Positions 13,101 through 30,145 are shown, counted from the first letter of the stretch. The stretch: DNA of 64,000 nt from the human T2T-CHM13v2.0 reference genome, Homo sapiens (GCF_009914755.1 NC_060928.1); one strand, 5' to 3'. The notes: generated by a model from the letters alone, not told the origin. Numbers and translations are program-made.

Positions 13101-14221
13101 GAGTGGTGTTGGTTTCCCATGTAGAAGAACACATCTTTGCATTTGAACAGAGTTTTATGGTTTGCAAAAACTTTTCACTGTCAGTTTCTCAGGTGCGAAG
13201 ATAAAGTGATTTACCAGGATTCTCATGTCACAGAAGAGACAAAGGAAGTCTAAAAACACAGAGCAATTTTCCCCAAGGTCATGCAGCCCTGGCGAGGCTG
13301 AGCTGAACTAGAAACCTGCCCTCTGCCCTTCTAGACTGCCATGTTTCCACGCTCCAAACACAGGCTCTGCGCGGCTGTTTTCCTCCTGTCCTTCCACACA
13401 CTAGCCATCAGCAGCCCTTGTGATGTCTGACGGGGAGGCCCACTCCCCCCTCTCTGCAGGGGGATCCCTCTCGTTCAGCTCTGCCTCTTCCAGGAAGGCT
13501 TCTGAGGAGCCTAAGGTTTGCACACCCCTCCCTCCCATCTTCCCCGTGGATCCAGGCTCTCCTTTAGGCTTTGACACAGAAATCACCACCCCGGGGTGTC
13601 ACTGTCTCATTCAATGTCACTTCCTCCTTCTATTCATTGATTCCAGAAAATCAGCAGAGCACACAGAGAAGGGGAAGCCGAGGCTGGAAAGGGGAGCCAA
13701 ATTGTGCAAGCCACGCAGAAGGGCAGAGGAGAAGACAGGCAATGTCACCAGCTCAGTATTTACGGAGAGTTGTCACCTGACCCCAAAATGCTAAGCTCTT
13801 CCCAACGCCCCCCCGCCCCCCACCCCTGCCAACTGTCTCTAATTTCCGTGCAATGTTTGGCCTCTTGCCCCCCTCTCAGCTGAGGAAGGCAGGTGTAACT
13901 CACTAACCTGCCAGGTGTAAACCCACTGGCCGGCTATCTTCACAGGCAGGTGAACCATGCACACAGTTCTTGGCTGAATGCCCCACAGAGCAGAAGCGTG
14001 TCGCATTTCTACTCTGGCACACTCTTTCCTTGGCCCATTTATGGAGCACGCACATGAGTAGCGAGGCTGGGCTCCGTAAAGAATCCAGCCATCAAAGAGG
14101 GAGGCAGGCAGCGGACAGCTTGCCTGGTGCTGTCCTGGTGCCCAAGTCCTGAACCTGAGGTGACCAGGTGATCATCTACCTGGAGAAGGAAGGCATCAGA
14201 CTGTGGTGGGAACATTACAGT

Positions 14222-14499
14222 GTTTGTTTGTTTTGGAGCCTGGCTGGAGTGCCGTGGCTCCATCACAGTTCACTGCAGCCTCGACCTCCCAGGCTCAATT
14301 GATCCTCCCGCCTCAGCCTCCTGAGTAGCTGCAACTACAGGTGCATGCAACCACGCCCAGCTAATTTTTATTTTTTAATTTTTTATAGAGATGGAGTCCC
14401 CCTGCCTTGCTCAGGCTGGTCTTGAACTCTTGGGCTCAGGCAATTCTCTTACCTCAGCCTCCCAAAGTGCTGAGATAACAGGTGTGAGTCACTGCACCC
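14222..14499 (-). mobile_element. AluJ
   Basis: AluJ diagnostics (cactgcagcctcgacctcccaggctcaa, gaactcttgggctcagg); TSD acattacagt on both sides. Confidence 0.9.
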
Positions 14500-15644
14500 A
14501 CATTACAGTATTAAAAAAGCAAGAGAGCTGGATTTCAATCCCAGATCAGCAGAAATAGAAGGCATCTTTTTTGAACTTCAGTTTCCTTCTGCACAGAGGA
14601 GAATATTACTAGTTAGCTTCACAAATTGTTACAGGGTTTAAATGAGATAGTGCATTTATAATGGTGGTGCAGCTCCTGGCATACAGCAGCCACTCAATAA
14701 ATGGCGGAAACCATATTATCATTAATATTAAAGACCGTCATTTTCTCTCTGCCTTATAATTTTTGTAAACAAATTTCTCCTCAGAAGAGTTGCTCCCAGC
14801 ACCAGGGATCAGGACCCTGACACCAGAGCCCTGGACGGGAGCCTGGTGCTGTCTTGTGCATCCTAAGCAATCCTAACAAGCCTCCTCTCTGCCTCTGGAT
14901 CTTTTCTTCCATGTCATATCTTAGCTGCCCTCGTCTCTCACAGAGGGTGGAAGAAGGATCAGATGCTGGGATGCATGTGAAAACACTTTGTCAAGAGTGC
15001 TTTTGAATATTAGCTTCATGGAACACAAGCGCAATGTTTGCTCACTACCACCCCACTTAGAAACTCTGGAAGGCTCCCTACTGATTCTGGGAAAAGATCC
15101 AAGGTCCCGAGTCTGCCACTCACAGAACTTTGGGATGGGGATTTTCCTACTTCTCCAGCCTCTATGAATGGCAGCTCCTGCCTCCACCTCCCATCCCTAC
15201 TCCCATATTCCCCATCTGCTGTGGGGCTGACCCCTGACTCTGGGCTTTCCCAGCACACACTGGTACACACCAGACTCCACGCCAGTTACCTGCTCACGTG
15301 GCTGGAGTCCCTGAGGGCTGGAGCTATGTGGCTCATCCCCATGTCCCTGACACCAGCACTCGGCCAGCACAGACCCTCTAATGTCTGCTACTAAGTGAGC
15401 TGGGGGTTAGGGGCGTACTCAGCAGGAGTTGTTTTGACTACGGTCGTGCCTCCCTGCGGAGCTCGGGTGCCCATGGGAAATGGGCTAGGCATAGCAAGGT
15501 CCCCTCTGGCCCAGACCCCCTTGAAGGACACTGTTCCCAAGACCTGCACTGACGCACCCCTGGGAGGCATGGGAGTGAGCCAGGGATAGTGAAGTCCCCT
15601 CCAAGATAGAATAAAAGCCAATGTGGGGGTCCTGGTGACAAGAC

Positions 15645-15755
15645 TGTTGGGGAGAGGAGTGGGAGGAGGAGGTCAGGAGAGGACGAGACAGGAAGAGGAG
15701 AGGGAAGGAAGAGATGACAGAGAGGAGAGCAGAAGCAGGAAGAGAGAGAAGGGTG
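15645..15755. repeat. GA-rich low-complexity purine tract
   Basis: About 110 nt that is mostly G/A on the plus strand. Confidence 0.8.
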
Positions 15756-17252
15756 TCTGTGAGCGAGAATCACCTCCCTACTCTTTTCTTCTAAAACTGG
15801 AGCAGCAGCGTGGTGTAGGGTTAAGGACACAGGCTTAGACATCTTCCCACTCCAACACAGCCCCTGGCAATTCACTTCGCCTCCCTGCACCTCGGTCTCC
15901 TCATCTGTAAGAAGGGGTGAGCAGCTCACTGGATGGCTGTAGAGAGTAGACGGCTGCATGGTAAGGCGAGGTGGACAGTGTTTGGCGGCGACACAGGAGT
16001 CACGGCTGCTCTGAAACTCCACGACCACCCACACACATTGGTCCTTTCCAGGTCCTCGCTGTTGTTATTCTCTTCCTGCTCAGACAGCATTGCCTGCAGA
16101 TTCCTCTGCAAGCTTCCTCATATTGGAAAACTCAGCACAGAGTTTAGCATTTTAAATAAATCAAACTCCACTCCTCCACAAAAGGACTTTGTGTGGCTTG
16201 TCATCCCTGCAGGAGAAGCTCCAGGCTCGCTGGTCTGGCTCAAGAGTCCTCTGCCGTCTGGCCCCTGTCTACCTTTTCTCTGTGTCCTGCCACTCCTCCC
16301 TGCACCCTCCTCCCGGCCCCACTTAACTCCTGGCATGTTCTTCACCCATGCTTTTTCCTCAGCTCCAAACCACCTGCCCCAGGCCAGCTACAGGCCCTGC
16401 ACACTTGCCATAGCCAGGCTGGAGCACAAGCCTCCCTTCCATGTGTGTCTGGCTGTCCTGGCCCGTGAGCTCCTGAAGCCTAGAACGAGGGTTTACTTGT
16501 AAATAACAATAGCAACAACAATAATGATGGCATTTATCATAAAAATGCCAACAGCTATTATTGTGTACTCACTTTCATGGGCCAGGAACCAGGCAAAGTG
16601 TCTTCCTATAGCCTGAGAGGCAGCCTGGTATAGGCTTAAGTGCATACACGTGACCCTAAACTGCCTGGGTTCAAATCCCAGCTCCCTACACTTCTGGCTG
16701 GGTGACCCCAAGCAAGTTACTTAGCAGCTCTGTGCTTCAGTTTCTCCAGCTGTAAAACATGGTTAATAGTGCGCAGATACAGTTGTCATGAAGGCTAAAT
16801 GAGTTAAAATATGGAAACTGCTTAGAACAGCACTTGGCACACAGGAAGCTCTAGGTTCATAATTACTGCAGTTAACATGGCCTTATTTTTTCTTCTACAG
16901 GAGGAGCAGGTCTCACAGGTCAGTAAAGGAAAACCCACATGAGCAATGGTGCCACTGCCACTCCTGGAAGGCTGCCCTGGCCTCTGTAAACCAGGGGATG
17001 CAGTTCGACATGGACGCAGACAGAGTCAGGGAGCTGGAACTGAGCCAAGGTCCTTGGAGGGCTACGCCCCCAGTAACAGGGGGAATTAGAAGATAGAGAG
17101 GAAGTTTGTCCTGGCTTGAGTTCTAGGTGAAGAGAAAAAAGCCATCCTTAAGAAGATGTAACCATAGCCCTATATCTCATGGGAATTTGGGGTTGAACTC
17201 CCTTGAGCCTGTGATATATTTGGGGCTGATGCTGAAACACACAGGATTCCTA

Positions 17253-20120
<2,868 letters not shown>

Positions 20121-20724
20121 AATCATAGAGTCTTTGTCACCAAGGGGCTCTCTCTTCAATAACCTCCTCCAACAAGTTAACAATGACAATGTCCTAAGTA
20201 GGCCCCAAGGATCCAAGGGTCACAGCGGGAGGGGCCCTCTGATCTAAGGAGGTGGCCTTAGGATGGGGAAAGACAAGCCTTCCCAGCATTGAATAAGAAA
20301 CAATATTAGGGTGGTTTTGTAATCAGTTTACTAGGTCCCTTGAACAGGCCATTTTTTTTCTCCCTGGGCCTCAGTTTCCTCAAATGAGATGGATGAGCTG
20401 ATTAATCTCCAAGTCTCAGATAACCTTTTTTATATTTAATTTGAACCTGTCCTCAGTTTTAATTCTACTTAATATCACACTAATCAAGACAAATTCTTCT
20501 CTCCCATTTCAAAATCTATCAAACTCCTTTCATAATGTGATGTCAGTTTTCTTTTCTTTTCTTTTTTTTTTTATCATTTAAGACAAATGATGTGTCTTTT
20601 CCACCTTTGCTTTCCCCTAATCCTCCCAAGTTTGCTGCTGTGACAGATGGCGTCTCCATCAAATAGCTTGCCTTCCTCTGCCTGCTCATGCTTCTCTGCT
20701 TTTTTGATTTATGAAAGAAATGGG

Positions 20725-21030
<306 letters not shown>

Positions 21031-21499
21031 AAAGAAATGGAATATACCAGTCACCACCTGCCCATCAGCCATTATCCACAACCAGGCAACATCCTCTGTC
21101 ACTGTCCCCTCTCCATTAGTTTCCCATCTCTTTCAATCTTTTCTCCACAGGGATCCAAAATGGTCTCCCTAAACTACAAGAAGTCCTTCTCTATTTGAAA
21201 CTCCCCCTTGGCTTTGAGGGCACCATGGGGTCAAATATCAACAGCAGCCAGGTGAGAGCCCAGTGTGCTCACTGACGGCTGCTCCGGCAGAGCCTCGACA
21301 TTGATCCTTTTCTTCTGGACATCTAGACTATGGAAAACTCTGCTCTGCTGTTCAGAGGCTTTCTCATTCCATTTCCTACTCCCCACCCTGCACAGCTTTG
21401 GAATGTGGCAAACGTCTGGAGGAGAAACCCACCCTGGCCTTTGAAGCCCCTGAAGTCTCTAATTTGTCTCTCCATCCCCATCAATGGTCATTGCACTGA

Positions 21500-22056
21500 A
21501 CCAGGCCTGGATCCTCAGCCCTGTCCCCTGTCCCCAGACTGCAGAAAACCCCAGCAGGAGAGCAGCACTGACTCTCAGAAGATCTCCCCTCTCCAGGATT
21601 TGGCTCCTTTAGTCTTCACTGCTTCAGCAGTGATAAGAGACCACCAACCATGCAGTGGTTCTGGCCAGTCTACCGACAACATGCAGAAAGGGTTTTTGCA
21701 TCCTCTGCCCCACTTTTTGATGTCAGACGGCTGAAAACACCCTCGGATCATGCTAATGCTGCCATTTTTGAACGTGGGTCCCATGGAAAAGCATGAAGCT
21801 CAGTTGCACATGTGCGTGTTTCTCCCTTCATAAATATTCATGACTCCTCCCATAGCTAATTAAATATGTATATTTGGCCACCCAACTCAGCATAAATTTC
21901 TGTTCTCTTTGTCCCTCACTGGAAGTGTCTGTTTCTGGCTTCTGGCCAGAGGTTATGCTCCCTAGCCTGCCAGAATGGCCACCCTGCAGGCTGCAATCCT
22001 TTATGGGAAATAAAGCCCTCCTTTCCAAATGTATGAACCTCATCATTCAGTTGACA
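21500..22056 (+). mobile_element. ERV1 solo LTR (MER39/MER34-like); 5' boundary uncertain
   Basis: ataaatattcatgactcctcccatagc...cagaatggccaccctgcaggctgcaatcctttatgggaaataaa...cagttgaca terminus. Confidence 0.65.
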
Positions 22057-22354
22057 CACTTGATAGAAATCTTCCTTCTTATTTGTAATTCATTATACTA
22101 TTATGGTTTTCCTAGAATTCTGCAATTCTCACTGACAGAAAGAACCCAGGTGCCCTTCCCCCAGGCCCTGATCTGCAGCCTGAATCCCACCATATCAGAT
22201 GCCTTAATGGCTTGGCAGAGTTGGCCTGAATATAGTATTCCTGGTGACAGTGAAGTCCTCGCCTCAACATTTTGCTATGTGGATAACATCTGTGGAAGCT
22301 GAAGTGCCTGGTAAGTAATCAGGGCCTCAAAAATGTCATTTCCTGCCAGTGAAG

Positions 22355-22890
22355 GACTGTTTGCAAAGCTGGTTGCAAGAATCCCTCCCACCTCTGTGTG
22401 CACATTCATTTGTAATGTGACTCCCCTGCCCCTCCCAGCTAGAGGTGGAGTCTGCTTCTCCACACCCTGGACTGGCCTTGCCACATGCTTAGACCAATAG
22501 AAAGATGCAGAAGTGACGCCGTGGGAGATTTGAGCCTGGGCCTCAGGAGACCTTGAAGCTCCTGCTCTCTCTTTTGGAACCATGCCTTTAGACCACCATA
22601 TGCAGAAACCTGAGCTAGTTTCTGGAGGCTGAGAGGATACTTGGAGCAGAAATGAGCATTCTAGCTGAAAAAACAGTCAACTGATGCCTAGCACCAATGG
22701 CCAGACACAAAGCCCTCCTAGACTACTCAGCCCCAGTAGAACTATCTGATGAATGACCCAAGTGAGACCAGCTGAAAACCACCCTGCAGAGCCAATCTAC
22801 ATCTAATGTGTATACATGAATATATAAAATGGTTGTGACTTTAAGCCAGTGAGCTTTAGGGTGGTTTATTACTCAATCATATCTAATTTA
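22355..22890 (+). mobile_element. MLT1 (MaLR) LTR, old subfamily
   Basis: gaggtggagtctgcttctccacacc...gaccaatagaa...aaatggttgtgactttaagccagtgagctttagggtggttt. Confidence 0.7.
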
Positions 22891-25800
22891 TCTTCTTTCT
22901 TCTAATTAATAAAATGTTCTGATAATGATGATGATGATTTACATTAATTGGGTGCTTCCTTTGTGCCAGAGTCTATGCTGAGTGTTTTATAAGTTTAACG
23001 CTCTTGTCATTCTGACAACAACACTGCGAGTTAAGTACTATCATTGTCCCTATTTGCTCACAAGGAAATTGAGACCCCAAGAGATGAGGCAACTTGGCTA
23101 CAGTTGCAGAGCTTGCCAGCAGCAGAGCTGAGACCGGAACTCTGGCATGCTGGTTCTGGTTCCTGCACCCGTTGCTACTCCTTACATTGCTTCTCTCTTA
23201 TTCTACCATCTCATCCCCCAACTTCCCACACCCTCATCTCTCATCCTCCTAACTATTCCCTGGTACCTGTGTAAGACGATAGGTAGAGAGAAACTAACAT
23301 CTATTTGTTAAGTATTCATTTGTCCAATAACATTTCCTCATGCCTGCAGTGTGCCCAATACTTTTCTAGAAATTAAGGGCACCAATTTCTACAACACAGA
23401 AGACACGGCTTCTGCTCTTAAGAGTCTAAACTCAGGCCCAGCACACGCTAAACAGTCCAAACACATTCTCTCCTATTTTCCTCACTGCAGCCTTGTCCCC
23501 ATTGTACGGAGGAGGCTGAGGGGAATAAACTCACTCAAGGTCACACAGGGATTGGAACTAAGGTTGGCCTGGCGCCAGGCCAAGGCTTTTTCCAATTTAC
23601 AATGGGACTCCTCCTCCTCTCACTTTCACTAGGTACTCCTTGGGGCGGTAGGTTCCAAGTCTTCTCTAAATGAAATACCCCATTTCCTTTCTTTGTCTTT
23701 CTTGGGTTTTGGTTTCAGTCCCAAAAGCGTCTCCAATTATCAATGTTTATTTTTTAAAAGTGGCTTTCAGCTCAATTGTGCATGCATTTGTGGAATGCCA
23801 GGCATCTACCAGACACTGGAGAAAGGGTTGCTCCTGGAGGAATCTCAGTCCCAGCTGCCTAAGGAAGCTTTAGGGAGAGGTAGCAGTTGATTTGAAATCA
23901 TCAGAGGTGTGGGGTGGGTTACAAATGGACTGAAAAGGCCTCCTTTCCTACATACACAACCCCAGGTAGCAGTAACAATCAACGCCAGACAAATCAATAG
24001 CAGCATCCACAGTGCCAATCTGGTTTGCTTAGAGCTAAGATCAGGAGCAGGGTGGTCTGGGCACAGTCCAAGGGCTTGGGGGTCATACAGGACCCAAAGG
24101 GGTTTGATTCTGGCTTTGCTGATCCCTGTATGACTTGGCAAGTGACTTGTCTGCTCCAAGTTTCAGTTTCAACATCTGTGAAATGGGAGGCAATATCAGT
24201 TTCTTGGCATCATTTAGAAATTCAATGTGACAGCATGTGTGAAAAGACCTTGGAAAATGCCCAGCACAAAGTAAGTAGTGGGGATGAGGGAGGGAGGCTT
24301 AAATAATTTTACTGAAATAATAATAACATCAAATATTTAGTGAAAACTTGCTCTATGCCAGGCCCTGTTCTAAGCACTTTACATATTTAGTTTGTTTACT
24401 CCTACAAGAGTATAAAAAAGGTGCTGCTCTTATCCCCATTTTATTTAGGAAGAAATGGAGGCACAAAGGGATTAAGAACTTGCCCACAGCTTGAGAGACT
24501 ATTCCAGAATCCATTATCTTAACCAACATGCTATCCTGTCCCTATAAAATAGCATGTCAATACTGCATGTTGAATGAGAAATGCTTTAAATATCATCACA
24601 TACAGTATGATCTCGTTTTTCAAAAAGCCTGGATGCGTAAGGATAAATGTCAAAATGTTGAAAATGAACATCTCTTACTGGTGGAATTCCATGTGTTTTT
24701 GTCACTTTATTTTTTTAATTTTCCAAATTCACTCAAATACGTATATATTAATTTTTATAAGCAGAAAAATGTTGTTTAAAATATGTTTCTTTCTCTCTGC
24801 TGTGCCAGGCTTGGTTAGGCACTAGGCATATATGAAAGGATATTTGATTATCCTAGTGTTCCAGGCAGGATCTTGGAAAACTTCTAGCCTGAGCCAGAAT
24901 CGATGCTCAATAAACATTTGGCCTCGTTCCTCACAGAAGCGGCAGCTGTTTCCGTGATGCTACGTGTCCGTTAGGCACCCGCAGTAGGCTTCTTCTTAAA
25001 GTGATCACATCTTTTCTAAAACTGTTCTGAACACAACAGAACCGAACAGTATCTTCATGGTTCTGTTTCTTTGCATTCACTTTGAAGCTAAGCCCCTGAG
25101 TTTTCCCAGGGGTTCACATTTGGAATAGCCACATTTAATTTTTAGATTTTACTGGCTATGCACCTTTGCACTGATGTCCAAGCACCAGGGGTGAACTCTG
25201 GGACAGCCTGAAGGTCCGAATTCCAGGGAGCTGGGGGATCAGAGGAAAACCAGCCTCTCCCCTTCACCCCAACTGTGTGATCTTGGGAAGATTCCCAGAC
25301 CTCACTGTGCCTCAGTTTCCTTATCTGCAAAATGGGTATCCTCTTTCTTGTTCCTCTCTCCTCACAGCTGTGAGAATCAAACAAGAGCACACATCAAGAG
25401 ACGCTTTACAAACTGTGAATTCCTATCTGAGAGGCAGGAAGTACTTTTGAGTGTCTCGGCTATGAAGCCTCTAACACACCCAAGACGTAGAAGTCAGAAC
25501 AAGGACAGGAAATTGAGAACCTGACAATACTCCCTTATCAGCTCCAGAAATCACACTCAATTAGCAAGCACTGCCCTGTGTAAGATTAGACTCATCGGAC
25601 TTCATCTTATTTCCTTAAACGACGAATTCCTTTTGAGAGTGAAGATAAACCCCCTACAGCTATCTAGATACAAAGATGGATGCTGACAGGGCATGGCCAG
25701 ACAGTGGGGGCCAAAGGTCTCCCTCAAGCAGTCCTTGCTTACCTGTCATGTTACAGCTGGGCAGTCCCACAACAGGCTCTTTGGGAGGCCTCTGGCAGCC

Positions 25801-27599
25801 CCCATCTGAACCCTGTCTCTCTTGCCACATGTCTCTGACATACAGAGACAAATAGACACACAAAGCCCTGGCGAGGAAGTCACAATACCTGCGCTCTGGG
25901 CATCGAGCTTCCCTGGCCTCCTGGTTCCTCCCTCCCCATGGAGAGTCATAGTGGACAGTCTCTAAGCTCCCTTCTTCTCTCAAAGGCTGGGCTCTCAGCT
26001 TCTCCTGGCTTTCCCTGGGGAATTCCTCCCTCAGCCCCTCCATGAAGGCTGGAGGCCCCTTCTTGCCCCTCAGTCCTCTGCAGGGGAATGACTTGTTTAT
26101 ACGGCTCATGACTCTGTCTCATTCTCTCTCTCCTTCATTCTCTGCCCCCCAGGAGTTCTCCCACTATCCTGTGCTCCCTGGCACCTTGGAGACACTAGGT
26201 GAAACTATGTGGAATGAAATGATCGATGAGACAAATAGAAGGAGTGAGCGAGGGGGCAGCCCTCAGAGAGAAAACATGGTCCAGAGTCACATGGCCCACT
26301 CTTCACTATAGCTGGTGATCACAAGCCACACCTTGGTTCATACCTCGGAGAACCTTCTGGAAGCTCCAGTGGAGGAAGCAGCACCCCCAACGCCTGGCCT
26401 GTGCTGGGATGGAGGATAAAGATTTAGCTTGGTACCCACATGAACCAGATGCACCCACACCCTTAAGGAGCAGGCAGCCTGCTGGGAGACAGGCAGGGAC
26501 AAGGAAACAGAAGAGGGCAGCTGGGACAGGGCTCAGCGGCACGGTGGGAAATGGAAGCTGGCAGTTCAGAGGCCTGGGGCGGAGGGGTCTGGGAAGACTT
26601 CCCCGGGAAAGGGAGATCAGAGAGGAGAGGACTAACACTTCCAAGCAGCAAAGATGGATGAGCCAGCCTGCTGCCTGATTGACTTAGTCCTTACCAAAGT
26701 CTATTCCACACGGAAAGAAACTGAGGCACAGGGCCACCAAGACACCTGCTCCAGGTCTTGTAGCTGGTAAGTGGCATGGTTGGAATTCACACCAAGGCTC
26801 CACGCCTGTCCCCAGATTTCCAAAATGATTCTCCACAGGCCAGTGGCTCTAGCACTGGAGCGTGCATGGGGAGGTGCCTTGGGCTGAGGGTTTTGCGGCC
26901 CTTCCTGGGAGGAGGAAGCTCCAGGTCCTCCGAGCCCCCCAGTCCCCTCTGCATGAAATAAGCTGAAGCAGCAGGAGAGGGTTTCCCTTAGTAAGCAGCA
27001 TTCGGATTTGACTGCCTGGCACCGGCATGACATCTTAATCAATCTTCCCACAGGGCTATTCACGATTCAGCTTGGTACCCACATTCCCGGGGGACCCCAC
27101 AGCTGCTAGAACCCAGGCCCTGGCTGAGGCCACATCTCAGGGGACTCACTTCATTTTCTTCTGTGTCTTATCCTGCATTTAAGTAGCCCGGCCAGAGTGC
27201 CAGCACCCGGGAGAGGGGAAACCTCCGATTTCATTGACAAACATGGCTCGTGAATGTGAGCCTGGCACCTGCAGATCGGAGACCCACATGGGATCTAACA
27301 AGCAAAATGAGTCGCAGGGCCCTGTGGAGTCGGGGCAGTGGGATCTCTTCCAAGGCCTTCACCTTGGAGAGGAGGAAACAGAGGCCCCAAAGGGTGAGGC
27401 CTGCCCAAGGAGGTGCAGATCAGACTTGCCCCGGCCCCTGCCTCCTAACCATCAACCTCCTTGTTGCCATCTCAGTTGCTTCTATTAATCATTTGAAGGA
27501 AACCTGCATTTTTCTTGACCAGCTGGCAGGCTGGGCCCTGGGCTGGGCTGGACCCTGGGCCGGGGCATCTGCCCTCTGTGTTTTCTCACACTCGGCTGC

Positions 27600-28130
27600 C
27601 CTGCTGGCTGTTGTTCTGCCCTCTTGGCCCCAGTTTCATCCATTCTCTGGCCCCAGGAGGCTGACCCCAAGGATGACGTCCCTGGCTCCCTCGGCCTCTG
27701 ACTTCCAGCTGGACTCAGCCAATGGGAGGCACAAGGAGAAGGCTGGAGAAAGGGAGGAGAGAAGGCTCTAGAACTTACTCTCCACCCCATCAGGAGTAGG
27801 TCTGGCAGAGGCCAGGCTCCTCTATGGCAGCCCCCGGCTCTAGCTCTCCCAGCCTCCAGGAGCGGCAGCGCCCTCTCCCCGCCCTCTGAACCTAGGGTGG
27901 TCACTGCTTCCCACGCTTGCCACCCTGTTCACCCCTTGTCCTGCCCCTGAGCAGGACACACCCTCTGCTTCCCAGGAGTGCACAGTCAGCTGCAGAAGGA
28001 GCTCCCAGGGTGGGAGGACGGCAGCCAGGCTGGGGCTTGAGGGGGCCTGGAAAGGACTGGCAGGAGGGTTTAGTGCCTTCTTCACAAACCCAAAACCCCT
28101 AGACCTTCAATGCACCCCCTGTGCTGAATA
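27600..28130. mobile_element. LTR33-like ERVL LTR relic
   Basis: ccccaggaggctgacc...ctcagccaatgggaggcacaaggagaaggctggagaaagggaggagag motif. Confidence 0.55.
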
Positions 28131-28144
28131 TGATAAAAGATGTG

Positions 28145-28707
28145 TATAGAAAGTAAAAGTTCCTCTTCAAAGTTTCCCTTCTCGTTAAAGAATAAATCGT
28201 AAGTGTTAGAAATAATAGTTTCTTTTAAAGACTAACTTCATGCTAGACATGCTCACAGGCATGTAGAACATTCTATGTCCTTGTACTTTAACCAAGATGT
28301 CCAAGCTGGACATGCTCACAGGCATGTCCCAGCTTGCAGCCTATGCCCCTCCCTTATTTGGGAATGTTATTACTTTCCTAAGTCCTTTCATAAGCAACTT
28401 CCTCTTTTCCTTTGTCTTTCTATTGCCTTTACCTATTTAGAAAAGTTTTAAACTGTTAGCCAATCGGGTTTCAGTTTAGATTGGGCGGTCCGGCTCCAGC
28501 CAATGGAGACAGGACACAGTAGCAGGGACAAACTGCATAAGGAATAAAAATTGCTTCCCTCCTTTGTTCGGATGTGCTCTTGCCATTATTACATCTGCGA
28601 TGAGCACCCTTTCTGCAGAAAGTAAAGATTGCCTTGCTGAGAGAATTAAATTTATGTTCAAGTGCTATTTCTTTGTGGCACTACAGAAGATACATTTACA
28701 TATAACA
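28145..28707 (+). mobile_element. LTR10-family (ERV1) solo LTR
   Basis: t(a)tagaaagtaaaagttcctcttcaaag...tataaca; CCAAT boxes; gagcaccctttctgcagaaagtaaa...ttgccttgctgagagaattaaa; TSD atgtg/acgtg. Confidence 0.75.
28308..28329. promoter_or_regulatory. p53 response element: two consensus half-sites with a 2-bp spacer
   Basis: GGACATGCTC-ac-AGGCATGTCC; both halves fit RRRCWWGYYY. Confidence 0.55.
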
Positions 28708-30145
28708 ACGTGGGAGGTGATAACACACATGGTGCTCTTGGCCAGTGCCCTTGGAGAGACCACCATTTCAATAAAGATGACAGCCAGGGAAGGTCACAGG
28801 CTTGGCCTGCACCCCATCAGAATTCCCACCAACTCACTCATGGAACCTATTTAAGATGAAAGGTGGAATATTCTGAACAGTAATGTATTATTTTATTCTT
28901 TTTATTATTTGAACAAATAGACTCCCTCAGTCACCTCTTTTCTGCTGAGACCCCATTCATGAGATGAGGAAGCTGAGCTCTGTGACCTCCAAGAATGAAG
29001 CTGAGCTGTGTGACCTCCAAGAATGGCCTCCCTTCCTTACTGACCCCAATTTGAGCAGTTGGAGAGTTTTATATCAAGCCCCCAGCAGGGTTGCAGATTT
29101 GTTAAGAAGAACTCAATGCCCTTGGCCCTGGAAGAGGCAAATGCTCTTAGATGAGGTGGCTGATGAGAAAGGAAGTTTACCATAGGAGGAAAAGACCTCA
29201 ATAATTGTGATGCTTGGGGCACCTTGGGGAAAAAGAATGCAGCCTCCAGAAATAATTCTGGCAACCAGGCGACCTGTCCATGCAGCCACGTGCAGAATGC
29301 AAGCTCAAGCAACGGATGGGAAAACAACCCGAGAGGCTAGGGAGCCCCTTCAAATCACCGACTGGTGAGAGGCAGAGGCAGCTCCCGCACTGCAGCCCCG
29401 AGGGCCTCCCACACTCACAGCCCTTCCTTTTGCTGCCTCTGAGGTCTTTTTCACCCCCACTGGAGCCCTGGATGTGGCCTCATCCAGGCTGTAGCCTAAC
29501 ACTCTTCCAAGTCCCAGAGATGGAAGGAAACCCCAGGATACCGGCTGGATCGTCCCCCTGGGAGCCCCTGATAAAATCAGGACTGCTTTATCTGCTTTCA
29601 GTTTCAAAAAACTAAACTTAGAAAGTCTAAAAGTGGGAGCTGTCAGCCCAGCCCCCAGGGTCCCTGCCAGCCTCTGCATGAGATCAGACGCATCCAGATG
29701 CAGGCACCTCTTCCAGGCACTCCTCACTTCCAGGAGGGTCTGTCCCCTATGTGCGCCCACAGGATCTTGTCAGTACCTCTACCTCCATGGTCAATTTGGG
29801 ATGAATCCACCAATGAACCTGCTTTTCTCTCCCACAGGTCTGTGACAACCCATGGGGTTGGGGACACTTCTCTCTGTGACCCCAGCAAGAGGCACAGAGC
29901 AGGCAGTTAGTAAATGCTGGAGACTGAGAGAGCAAGGCTCATACAGCACATAAGCTTTGCAGGTGCGAAAATTCAATTAACTGAGGAACTGAAGAGGGGG
30001 CAACGGGAAGTGCTGCTAGGAGTCTTCCAGCAGGTAAGTGATGAAAGAATGGTATTATAGGACACCTCGAATTCGTAACTAATGAGTTCATGATCTAGGT
30101 ATTGGGCATTAGGGATGCTAACATCACAGAAAGAGAGATAGCCAG

